64,000 bases of DNA from a virus: positions 8,547-72,546 of IMG/VR virus record IMGVR_UViG_3300035532_000075; one strand, written 5' to 3'. Shown piece by piece: positions 50,653-59,740 of this stretch. The position numbers and the translations under genes are program-made. The notes beneath the pieces are model-generated. The model saw nothing but the letters and a program-made list of their open reading frames with translations, did no database searches and was not told where the DNA came from. Each line of letters starts with the position of its first letter. Positions within the stretch are counted from its first letter, which is position 1.

Positions 50653-51102
50653 CTAATTAATAATAGCAGTAGTGTCTATAGGGTCAGTATTTATAGTAAT
50701 TCGTTGGGTCTTAATAGTTACAGACGAGGTGTCGTTATTATCTACCACCAAAGTCATACTACCACCATCAGCAACAGTGTCAAAACTTAAATTGATACCA
50801 TCACCTATATTAAGTATAGCGTACTCTGTAAAAGCAGATGTAGAGTTACCATCGTGTAAGGCATAAATATCACAGGCATATCTACTATTAGAATCATCAT
50901 AAGCAACTACAAACCACTTGGCACCAAGAGTCCCTGACTGAGTTACAGTATCTATAACCGTATCTGTAGAAGAACCTCCCACAACCGAGACTGCCTCAGT
51001 TAAAACTACAGCAGCCAAATTATCGTGTGCTGTATCTACATTAATAATAGACTGATAGTTGCCAGAGGTAGTAATATTGCTAATTTTTTTAAGTACCGTC
51101 AT
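50653..51102 (-). CDS. Hypothetical virion structural protein
   Basis: 149 aa, beta-rich. AKWFVV...DIYALHDG...FTEY recalls domains of large-phage structural proteins. Confidence 0.45.
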   Translation of the reverse strand: MTVLKKISNITTSGNYQSIINVDTAHDNLAAVVLTEAVSVVGGSSTDTVIDTVTQSGTLGAKWFVVAYDDSNSRYACDIYALHDGNSTSAFTEYAILNIGDGINLSFDTVADGGSMTLVVDNNDTSSVTIKTQRITINTDPIDTTAIIN

Positions 51103-51126
51103 TATAAATATACCTACCTATTTTTA

Positions 51127-51606
51127 TTATCTAGTTAGTTCAAGATCTTTTATTCTTCTATCTAGTAACCTACATAAACTATCTTTATCTTGAAGTTGCT
51201 TTGCCTCAGCAAATGCGTACTTTAAAAGTTGATAATCCATTATATTTGGCAAAGCCTCACGGGCTTTCCTAACTGATAAATTAGCAATCTCATCAGTAGT
51301 CAACTCTTTAAATGCCCTACTTTTAATTTTATCAGCAGCACTCATAGCAGACGCAACTTCAGGCTCTTTTTGATGCTCTTCAGATTGAGCAGTATTCTCT
51401 CCAAAATCATAAACTACCTGCCATTGGTCTTTGCCTTTTAATTTTACATTTAAAAGCCAATCTACAAAGGGCTCTCCTTCATCAATACCATGTTTATCAC
51501 CGTACTGATCATAAAGCTCTGACAGGGGAACTTCCCCACCAGGCCTTATAGACCTTTTCATAGCATACGCCCACTCAACAGATTTATTTTTTACATAACC
51601 TTCCAT
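51127..51606 (-). CDS. Hypothetical protein
   Basis: 159-aa ORF with GGGGAG SD. No family recognised. Confidence 0.55.
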   Translation of the reverse strand: MEGYVKNKSVEWAYAMKRSIRPGGEVPLSELYDQYGDKHGIDEGEPFVDWLLNVKLKGKDQWQVVYDFGENTAQSEEHQKEPEVASAMSAADKIKSRAFKELTTDEIANLSVRKAREALPNIMDYQLLKYAFAEAKQLQDKDSLCRLLDRRIKDLELTR

Positions 51607-51645
51607 AATTTTCTCCCCTTTTCTATTATAAATTACCTTGTCCTA

Positions 51646-51960
51646 TCAGTATTCAACATGTTTCCTAATCACATCACCCAAACTATGCAATAAATTAGAT
51701 AAGCGATGTATTATTAAGACAGCCATTAAATGTATTGTGAAAATATTAATATTATATATTAAAACAATAGACAACATAGCAGCCCACACTGAAAAACAAT
51801 ATCCACAATCAAATATTTTGTGGATAAATCTAAATATACCTAACTTACTCTCAAACAAAAATTTACGTAATGGTAAAAATAATTCAGATTTGACAGCAAG
51901 CTCTGTCATAGCCTCAGTACAAATAACTGCGGCTATAATTTTTAATATTAAAATATACAT
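51646..51960 (-). CDS. Small membrane protein with CxxCxSxW motif (DUF1360-like)
   Basis: Hydrophobic segments around DCGYCFSVWAA. Confidence 0.55.
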   Translation of the reverse strand: MYILILKIIAAVICTEAMTELAVKSELFLPLRKFLFESKLGIFRFIHKIFDCGYCFSVWAAMLSIVLIYNINIFTIHLMAVLIIHRLSNLLHSLGDVIRKHVEY

Positions 51961-51970
51961 AGTATGTGCC

Positions 51971-51987
51971 TATAATTTAGGAGGTTA
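51971..51987 (-). promoter_or_regulatory. Candidate phage promoter motif TAACCT-N5-ATTATA (copy 2 of 3)
   Basis: Overlaps the upstream stop codon and ends 10 nt before an ATG that has no SD. Confidence 0.45.
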
Positions 51988-53493
51988 GTTTAATGTGTAT
52001 AAATAAGTTCTGTGGCCGCAATCCCAAATTCTATTATATCCCTGAGCTAATCTAAGCTCTAATTCAGTTTTACCAGTAAGACATTCTTCTGGAGTTTTAC
52101 GTAGCGACATATTCCTATAACGAACTCCAGATTTGAAATAGTGCGGAGTATATTTAGTAAACTTAAATAACTCAAAACCTAACAATTCATATACTGGCTT
52201 AAAAATATTAGCATAACGCATATCACAATAAGATTTTATGTTATCATAATTGTTATCAGATGCGTAATTAATTACATATTTAAAAAGCTTACTAACACCT
52301 CCAACAACTGCTGTACCTTTGATAGAACAAAACCTCTTTAATTCTAAAGTTTTTCCTAAATTAGCATTGTTTCTTGTAACACCGCCTACCGACATGGCAG
52401 CTACTAATTCATCACAATAGTACAAACCTAACGTATTTTTTGCAGGACAAGCGCCTTGTATATGATTGCCATTAAAAAATGATTTTGCCACCTTAGAAGG
52501 TACCTCTTTTAATTCACATTTACGTGCGTAAACCCGTACATTTATCTTACCAATTGCTTGTTTAATACGTGAACATACTAATTCAAACTTGTTATTTAAT
52601 TCATCTTCAAATATAGTAATTAACCTTATACCTTTTTCCTCACAAGCCATCATTTTATCATAATGATATCTCCTGTGAATACCATTAGCTGTATCAGAGT
52701 GCCAATAAAGTCCGCATACTTCTATAGCCAAACTATATTCTGGAAGGAATAAATCCAATTCTTTGGGCCCAATCTGAGATCTATCATTATATAAAACTTC
52801 TATTTCTGGAAACTTATTTTCAAAAAGTTCTCTTATTTTTAATTCCGGCTTTGACACATAGTTATTTTGCTGATAACAAATGGCACATCTATTTTCACAA
52901 TCTTTAAAATTATGAAATGTAGTTTCCCATTCGTGTCCTTCAGGACATTTTAATTTTATCTTTTCTCTATTATTAATATAAACAGTTGATAACAATTCAT
53001 ATCCAAATTTCTCTACATACTTTTTAACATAAGCAATAGAATGTTTATATACCCTACCAGGTAAATAAGGTTTGGCATCTGGATTTTTTTCTCTATAAGC
53101 TTCAGCTTTTTTTAAACAACAAAGTTCTTTATTTTCTTTGTAATAACGCTTACCTTTATCAATTAAATACTGTTTATCCCTATTGATATGAATTATCTTA
53201 TTCTTAGTTTCTATCCTGCATGACTCACACCCAGGTTTTCCACAATAAATTTTTTTAGAATAATGTGTAGTAAATTCTTTACCACAAGAAGGACATACCC
53301 TATTATATTCTTTATAATTATATTTCTTTCTATTTCTTTTTCTATCTCTTTTACGATCAGCTATCTTTCTACCCTCTTCTCTACACTTAATACAATATTT
53401 TTGTTTAGGACTTGTAGGCGTATACTCTTTGCCACAAAGTTCGCAATTTTTATTTTTATAATTAACCATAGTTATTATTCCACTTATTAACAT
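51985..53493 (-). CDS. Free-standing Zn-finger / zinc-ribbon PD-(D/E)XK (Hef/Vsr-like) homing endonuclease
   Basis: CxxC...CxxC fingers, one CPEGH repeat, KELDLFLPEYSLAIEVCGLYWHSD, ending WDCGH. Paralogue of 44766..46166. Likely start MVNYK at 53469. Confidence 0.75.
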   Translation of the reverse strand: MLISGIITMVNYKNKNCELCGKEYTPTSPKQKYCIKCREEGRKIADRKRDRKRNRKKYNYKEYNRVCPSCGKEFTTHYSKKIYCGKPGCESCRIETKNKIIHINRDKQYLIDKGKRYYKENKELCCLKKAEAYREKNPDAKPYLPGRVYKHSIAYVKKYVEKFGYELLSTVYINNREKIKLKCPEGHEWETTFHNFKDCENRCAICYQQNNYVSKPELKIRELFENKFPEIEVLYNDRSQIGPKELDLFLPEYSLAIEVCGLYWHSDTANGIHRRYHYDKMMACEEKGIRLITIFEDELNNKFELVCSRIKQAIGKINVRVYARKCELKEVPSKVAKSFFNGNHIQGACPAKNTLGLYYCDELVAAMSVGGVTRNNANLGKTLELKRFCSIKGTAVVGGVSKLFKYVINYASDNNYDNIKSYCDMRYANIFKPVYELLGFELFKFTKYTPHYFKSGVRYRNMSLRKTPEECLTGKTELELRLAQGYNRIWDCGHRTYLYTLN

Positions 53494-54293
53494 TTTTTAT
53501 TAGCTATATTAATTGTAGAACATTCATCCCTATGCCCATATTTATAATGACAATGTTTACAACAAGCTATACCGTTATCTGGATCTAAAGCATAAACTGG
53601 TTCTAATTTTTTAGGATTTATATGATGTGCTATAGTAGCTTTTTCACCACAATATTCACATCTATAATCAGCACGGTCTAACACCTCTTTGGACCAGACC
53701 CTCAATTCATGCTCAGTAAAGAAATTATTATTTCTATGCTTTCTAGGATTACTTCCTTTTTGGTATTTGTGTTTATTAAATACCGAACAATTGTTTTTAC
53801 ATTCATCAGAACAATAAAAACGAGACTCTCTATCAGAGTTTCCTTTTAAATACTGTGCTCTAGCTTCTACATCAGTTCTTTTTGAAATAAACCACTTACC
53901 ACAGACTGAGCATCTGACTTCCAATAACTTTTCATTACTTTGTCTAATTTTTTCTATAGGAAACAATTGATCAGCATAAGTAGCAAACAAAGGTATATTT
54001 TTAGCAACAACACCACCTTTATAATTTCCCTTAGAAACATAATTTCTTATATGATTTTTATTATATTTTTTAAGGGCTTTAGATATTTTAGTTCTAACTT
54101 CAGTAGAATTATTAGAGCACTTAATACTACAAAAATTAGTAGGTATAGATGTTCTCATAAAAAAAGAATTGTTACACACAAAACAAGCAGGTACAAACTT
54201 ATAATACAAATTTTTTCTTCTAAATACATCCTTTTTGTATACATAAACATACTCAGATAGATCTTCTAACCCATTCACATATTTTATTAACAT
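53487..54293 (-). CDS. Free-standing HNH endonuclease
   Basis: RADYRCEYCG...AHHINP...DPDNGIACCKHCH, with N-terminal CxxC and CSxxC motifs. Confidence 0.8.
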   Translation of the reverse strand: MLIKYVNGLEDLSEYVYVYKKDVFRRKNLYYKFVPACFVCNNSFFMRTSIPTNFCSIKCSNNSTEVRTKISKALKKYNKNHIRNYVSKGNYKGGVVAKNIPLFATYADQLFPIEKIRQSNEKLLEVRCSVCGKWFISKRTDVEARAQYLKGNSDRESRFYCSDECKNNCSVFNKHKYQKGSNPRKHRNNNFFTEHELRVWSKEVLDRADYRCEYCGEKATIAHHINPKKLEPVYALDPDNGIACCKHCHYKYGHRDECSTINIANKKC

Positions 54294-54327
54294 CTTTTCT
54301 CCAAACGTTATAAATTATATTGTTATA

Positions 54328-54355
54328 ATAATAATTACAATCTGGTATTTGTCAA
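54328..54355 (-). promoter_or_regulatory. Possible sigma70-like promoter for the HNH gene
   Basis: TTGACA-N16-TATTAT directly after the capsid gene terminator. Confidence 0.45.
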
Positions 54356-54399
54356 ACAAAAATGGGACTATTGGAAATAACGTATCCAAATAGTCCCAT
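54354..54399 (-). terminator. Intrinsic terminator after the major capsid gene
   Basis: ATGGGACTATT...AATAGTCCCAT stem followed by TTTTGTTT. Confidence 0.8.
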
Positions 54400-54425
54400 C
54401 TTTTATATATTAAACTATGTAATTA

Positions 54426-55284
54426 TTAAAGAGATCTGTCAATGATACCCATACCGAGCATTCGGCTATCTAAACAAGCAAATCCAAGCTCTGCCCATCC
54501 AAAAAAGCCTTGTTTCTGACGACGTAGCAGGGTAGGATCATCATGGGCCTCATACTCTTTACGAACAGGCATAACCAAAGAGTCATTGCCTGTAAGATCG
54601 AAGCCAAGTACCTGAGTTTCACCTAAAGTAGTAATAGTACCATCAGCTGCGGTAACATTAGGATTATCAATGGTATAACCATTGTAAGCACCAGTACCAT
54701 CAGCTTTAAATTTACCATAATCTGCAGCATTACCATTAATATTATACAGACCGGTGGCACCAAGATGCTGTACTTCATGAAGAGTAACATTCCAAAGACT
54801 ACCCATTCCACCAGCCTGGAAAATTTCCCTACGGGTTACTGGGTCAATGTCAGTGTCAGTCCATTCTCTAATGTCGGCTGCATCTTCAGGAGATACATAC
54901 AGATCAGTAAGAGTTCTACCGATACGTTTAAAACCAACAATCATCTTATTAATCAGCTCTTTTGACAGATAACCTGCACCTTGAGCCGACGGGCTAATTT
55001 CATAAATCGGAGCCGGTCTAGAACCTAAAAGACCTTTACCAGAAAATGCAGAGGTAGCAGCAGGCATAATTACACGCCAACCACACTCTTCCTCATAATT
55101 TGCCAGTTCCATAGCAGCCTTTGCAGCTGCTCTCTGAGCAATATCAATTCTGGAATCACGAGCATATGTAATTTTCCAATCAGCAGCAGTAGAAATGCTG
55201 AAAGTAGGTACATATACCTCTTCTCCGATACCTTCTACAAAGTTCTGAGCTACATACGACAGCCCAGGCAAAACCCATACAGGG
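54426..55284 (-). CDS. Major capsid protein, exon 2 (spliced product about 356 aa)
   Basis: Exon 1 ...GAG AT plus C CCT GTA TGG gives EDFEI-PVWVLPGL, in frame with track ORF 54426..55271. Follows scaffold and decoration genes. C-terminal QGFFGWAELGFACLD fits an HK97-fold capsid. Confidence 0.85.
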
Positions 55285-56472
55285 CAAAAACTGTTACTTA
55301 TAATGACCTCAGCATTACCTGTTAGGCGGAACCGGTACTCCTTTAAGTGGTCTGGTTACCACTGACCAGTTCTCTCACAGTTTCCTGTGAGTTCAGACTA
55401 TATCTTCACAATAAGTGCTTAACATGTAGTCGTTGGGGAATCTATTAAAAATTTGTATTTAATTCTTTAATTTCATTATATATACTAATTATATTTTTAG
55501 TGTTAAATCTACATTTTTGTTTTTCAAATATAAAATTTTTAAGTAATACAGCTTGCTTCTGCTTAGCAATTAGTTTTTCATCTAACTTATCAAGTAAAAT
55601 AAGTAAGTCATTAAAATTAGTAACTGTTATATTATACATAACCTTATAAAGATTTCTTCCTAATTTTTTACTTACTTTACTTTTAACTTCTTCTTTAAAA
55701 AAATTTACATTTAACTTATTATATATTTCTATAATATTATTATAAACAGCCGTAGACTCTGTAGTAAATTTTAAAACTGGTAGATATTTATCATAACTAT
55801 ATGTCTTATAAGTACCATTATTTCTTCTATATTTACATTTTCTATTTGTTTTAGTTATAAAAATACTACCATCACCATCCAACATACCAGCCAACCAACT
55901 ATATGAATAATTTCTATTTTTAAAATCAACATTGTAATTTAAATTTAAATTTTTTAAATTATCACATATAGCTTTTTCCTCAATAGTATAAACTCCAAAT
56001 TTTCCATCAACATACGATGCCAACCTACTAACACAAAAATCTTCAAGTAAATTTAATTGTTCTTGTCTACCTACTACTAATGATTTAAATTTATTACAAA
56101 AATCTATACATTTACTCAACCTTTGTATTATTAAATATTTAGCATCTCTACCTACTGTAGCCTTATTTATAGAAACATAATGATTAATACCCAAATATTT
56201 TAAATATTCGGAACAAACGTCTGTTAAAATATGTCTAGTATTAATAAACTTTATTCTTGGAGACATGGAAAATTTACCTTTATAAGTATTACTTACAATA
56301 TATATTCCAAAATCACTATCGATAAGTCCTGCTATATAATTAGCACTAATTTTTAAAGTTTCCTGCTGATTGTCCATATAATATCTCCTTTATTTTCACG
56401 TTATAAGTAAAAGTAGTTTTAGGATATTCCAGCATATAGTTAAGTTACGAGACCTCTATTTAAATAGTTTTG
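55285..56472 (-). mobile_element. Group I intron in the major capsid gene (1,188 nt)
   Basis: P1: exon GAGAU pairs with GUCUC (U.G at the splice site). P3 CUUAAC/GUUAAG; P4 AUGCUGG with AAUCAGCAG; R element CCCAACGACUAC; S element AAGAUAUAGUC; P9 with GAAA loop; terminal G at 55285. Confidence 0.9.
55445..56377 (-). CDS. Intron-encoded double-motif LAGLIDADG homing endonuclease
   Basis: YIAGLIDSDFG and WLAGMLDGDGSI. The N-terminal codons for MDNQQET overlap the intron Q element. Confidence 0.88.
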   Translation of the reverse strand: MDNQQETLKISANYIAGLIDSDFGIYIVSNTYKGKFSMSPRIKFINTRHILTDVCSEYLKYLGINHYVSINKATVGRDAKYLIIQRLSKCIDFCNKFKSLVVGRQEQLNLLEDFCVSRLASYVDGKFGVYTIEEKAICDNLKNLNLNYNVDFKNRNYSYSWLAGMLDGDGSIFITKTNRKCKYRRNNGTYKTYSYDKYLPVLKFTTESTAVYNNIIEIYNKLNVNFFKEEVKSKVSKKLGRNLYKVMYNITVTNFNDLLILLDKLDEKLIAKQKQAVLLKNFIFEKQKCRFNTKNIISIYNEIKELNTNF

Positions 56473-56684
56473 ATCTCAAAGTCTTCAGCAACCGGGTACA
56501 TCGCCTGTGCCCCAGGTCCAAGATTTTCAACAGCAAAAAGCTGTCTCATAATGGACTCAAGTTCTAGTTTTTTCAAAATAGGAGTAGTTAGTGCAGCAGC
56601 AAATGCTCTGTAGGCCTGAAGGCCTTCAGGAGTATTAATATTAGCAGTAGCTCTAAAAAGCTCCATCATTTCTTGTCTATTCAT
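56473..56684 (-). CDS. Major capsid protein, exon 1
   Basis: AGGAGG SD; 70 codons + 2 nt ending at the P1 splice site. Confidence 0.85.
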
Positions 56685-56753
56685 CGTTATTTCCTCCTAA
56701 AATTTATATAAATATGGATGTTATTATTTAACATTAATCCATGTTAACTTTAA

Positions 56754-57380
56754 TTATACCAAAAGTTTTACTCTAATTGGGTACAGAGTAGTGTTATCAA
56801 TATTAGCCTGGCATTTAGCTACGCTAGCGCCTTTAAGTACTCTAGCTACGACAGTAGAAGAGCAACGTGCTCCGGTATCAGCATCAGTAGAACCATCAGA
56901 TGAATCTGTACTATTGGTCAAACGTGCCTCATCAGCAGCTGTATATAAAGCTGCACCAGGCGTCATTTTAGTACTTACAGTTCCAGAAACAGCCGTACAA
57001 GTATAATGTACAGTATCATAAATACCAAGGTGAGCAACACCTACAGGTACAGATTTGTGACCTACAATGGCACCAGAAGTATTATACAACGGCTGTGCAA
57101 TAGCATCACTTGAACCCAAATCTCCAGGCATTACAAATCCAGTAGGATGTACGCTGTGGTAACCTACTTTTACTTTCTGCAAAGAAAGCCCAAAAGGTGT
57201 TTCAGAAACACCATGAGCCATTTTCTTAACCATGGCCTCTTCATCAGAAGCGTTAGGGTCTAAATATACAACTGAACCAGCATAAGCAACAACACCACCA
57301 ATACCAGTACTTCCAAATGTATTATCTGATGCATAGCTGCAAAACTGGTCTTCTACAACTGGATGTCTAGGAATAAACAT
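56754..57380 (-). CDS. Putative capsid decoration / cement protein
   Basis: 208 aa, beta-rich, between the scaffold and capsid genes. Confidence 0.55.
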   Translation of the reverse strand: MFIPRHPVVEDQFCSYASDNTFGSTGIGGVVAYAGSVVYLDPNASDEEAMVKKMAHGVSETPFGLSLQKVKVGYHSVHPTGFVMPGDLGSSDAIAQPLYNTSGAIVGHKSVPVGVAHLGIYDTVHYTCTAVSGTVSTKMTPGAALYTAADEARLTNSTDSSDGSTDADTGARCSSTVVARVLKGASVAKCQANIDNTTLYPIRVKLLV

Positions 57381-57407
57381 AATTTATATCTTCCTCCTTA
57401 TTTCGTA

Positions 57408-58160
57408 TTATTCATCAGAACTGGTTGTAAAAGCAGCAGCCATGGCTTTACCCAAATCAGCATATTTGCTTGCAACATCTTCTGAAGGTATAGTTTCAAA
57501 ATTCATAGCGGATGCAATTGCATGGCCCGGAGAGATTTCAGCTGGAGGTGTAACACCTTCTTCAACCTCAACCTCTGCTTCAGGTTCTACAGCAGACGCT
57601 TCTTCTTTATTATCTTCTACAACAGTTTCAGTAGTTTCAACTACTGCCTGAGATTCTGCAAGTTCTTTAGCAACTGCAGCACGGAGTTCTACACGATCTG
57701 CTTTGTAAGCAGCGAACTCTTCATCAGACATTTCTTTGACTTTTGCAAACTGTGTATCTACGTCAGTGGAAACTTTAACTTTAGCTTCCTCAAGCTCAGC
57801 CATTCTGGCTTCAGCTACTTTATCTTTCTGCATACTATCAATTTCTTCGTTAACCTTGGCAAGTTCAGCCTCAAGATCTTCTGATTTCTTTTGAGCCGCC
57901 TCAAGCTCTGTAGAAAGGTCAGAAAGCTTTGTGTCTTTAGATGCCAATTCCTCTTCATAAGATACTTTAGCATCGTCAAACTGGGACTGAAGATCTTCTA
58001 AATTAGTAGTCAAATTTTCAATAGCAGTAGCAGACTCAGTAAGTGCCTCCTGCATAGCTTGTTTTTGAGAAGCTTCTTCTTTTCTAGAAAAAACCTGCTC
58101 TACAATATTAAGAATATCTTTTTCAAGATTAAGTTCAACATTTCCAATATCTTTACTCAT
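57408..58160 (-). CDS. Putative capsid scaffolding protein
   Basis: 250 aa, acidic coiled-coil, upstream of the capsid genes. Confidence 0.6.
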   Translation of the reverse strand: MSKDIGNVELNLEKDILNIVEQVFSRKEEASQKQAMQEALTESATAIENLTTNLEDLQSQFDDAKVSYEEELASKDTKLSDLSTELEAAQKKSEDLEAELAKVNEEIDSMQKDKVAEARMAELEEAKVKVSTDVDTQFAKVKEMSDEEFAAYKADRVELRAAVAKELAESQAVVETTETVVEDNKEEASAVEPEAEVEVEEGVTPPAEISPGHAIASAMNFETIPSEDVASKYADLGKAMAAAFTTSSDE

Positions 58161-58279
58161 AATTGTATTTCCTCCTATTAAAGTGTATGTGATCTTTCGA
58201 TATGTTTGGCTACCAACCTGATTTTTTAATCAAAACACCTTTACCAATTCAATCACATAGTGTTTAAAAAAATTAATTA

Positions 58280-58705
58280 TTAGGGATAACTTTGTGCTGG
58301 AGCACCAGTTCCCTGTGTGTTTAATGTGGTGATATCAATTTCCTGGCCCAGCATAAACTGAACATTAAAATCTACATCAGCACTTACAGCTGAACCAACA
58401 ACTAATTTGATAGTGTTAGCAGCTGTATCAACGTCTAAATAATAGTCACCCGAAATATCTGAAGTAGGGGTGGCTACGACATTAGCATAAGAAGCCAGAT
58501 CCATATCATAAAAACTAACGCCTGATGTGACAGTGGTTTCAGTTGTACCAGAAACTACTGTAGCAGTACTGCACCACATAAATGGGATATTGTGATTGTT
58601 ACCCATATTTTTGAAAAGGGCAGCACTCTTATCTGACGCAGAAACTTTTAACTGTTTTGGAGTGCTTCTCAAAGAGCCTGTCTGAGCTTGTCCTAATTGT
58701 GCCAT
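58280..58705 (-). CDS. Hypothetical head-module protein
   Basis: 141-aa ORF with AGGAGG SD. Confidence 0.5.
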   Translation of the reverse strand: MAQLGQAQTGSLRSTPKQLKVSASDKSAALFKNMGNNHNIPFMWCSTATVVSGTTETTVTSGVSFYDMDLASYANVVATPTSDISGDYYLDVDTAANTIKLVVGSAVSADVDFNVQFMLGQEIDITTLNTQGTGAPAQSYP

Positions 58706-58726
58706 ATAATTTCCTCCTTATAAAGT

Positions 58727-59740
58727 TTAAATCCTCATAGACGCACGGTCTATAGCATTACGTAAACGTTTCAAATCACTATTACATTTAGCAACTTCCT
58801 GTTTACTAACTATAAGAGAATCAACATGTTTAGATGCTGTCTCTTTTATAAAGGAGAAAAATTCAGTCTGGTCAGGACTTTCTTCCCCTCCAATACTTTT
58901 ATCATCTAAATGATCTGTAACATCATAATCCTCTGTATTTTTAGAATATTCTATACTTTTAGAGGTTACATTAATAACCTCATCTTCAACACTTTCTTTT
59001 TCAGTCATATCTATTACAATATCAAAATCTTTTTCACTAGCCACTTCTACAATTACAGAATCTGGATTGGCAGGACTCTCTACAATACCTACCCCAGAAA
59101 AACAAATACCTCTTAAAACCCTAGCGAGGGTCCCAGAGGCAATCTCTTTACCGTCTTTCATAACTTTTGCTGATCTACCATAAGAAGCTTCATCATTGAT
59201 ATTTATTCCACAAGCGGCGGCAGCTTGTTTTGGTATGATAGTATCACCCACTTTGATATCAAAATCTTTATAGTAACATTCCATGCTTACCTTATATTTA
59301 TCAGAAGCTACATCCTCATAAAAATCTTTAAATCTATCTCTATACATAATACATCCTATATGGATATGCATATCTTTTTTATCTAAACAGGCAACTTCAT
59401 TAGAGGCCAATTCTTGTAAATCCAAAGGTTTATGATCTTTATCAACAAAGGCTGATGAATAAATATGACCTATGATCTCATCTTCTATATGTTCAACATC
59501 TATTGCTTTATTATTAACAGTATCAGCAGCTGCCAATAATTCAGAACCTAAGAAATGTGCAGAATTTAGATTAGTACCAGTAGAAACTAGTACCGCTGAA
59601 AAATAACCAAGATCCATTTGTTTTTCAGAATTTAAAGGCAAGTCAATGACTGCTGCTACTTCTTTTTTAAGTTCTGGTGTTTCTTGTTCTATTTTTACAG
59701 TACTTGCTGTTAAATAGAATTTATGTTTATTATCTTCCAT
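58727..59740 (-). CDS. Putative prohead protease
   Basis: AIDVEH (His), VSMEC (Ser) and FSGVGIVESPANP motifs; position between portal and scaffold. Confidence 0.7.
   Translation of the reverse strand: MEDNKHKFYLTASTVKIEQETPELKKEVAAVIDLPLNSEKQMDLGYFSAVLVSTGTNLNSAHFLGSELLAAADTVNNKAIDVEHIEDEIIGHIYSSAFVDKDHKPLDLQELASNEVACLDKKDMHIHIGCIMYRDRFKDFYEDVASDKYKVSMECYYKDFDIKVGDTIIPKQAAAACGININDEASYGRSAKVMKDGKEIASGTLARVLRGICFSGVGIVESPANPDSVIVEVASEKDFDIVIDMTEKESVEDEVINVTSKSIEYSKNTEDYDVTDHLDDKSIGGEESPDQTEFFSFIKETASKHVDSLIVSKQEVAKCNSDLKRLRNAIDRASMRI

Noticed and set aside
56460-56684. 74-aa stand-alone ORF, and the TTG-started 281-aa ORF at 54426..55271, as separate genes
   Set aside because: They are exons 1 and 2 of the capsid gene around a group I intron.
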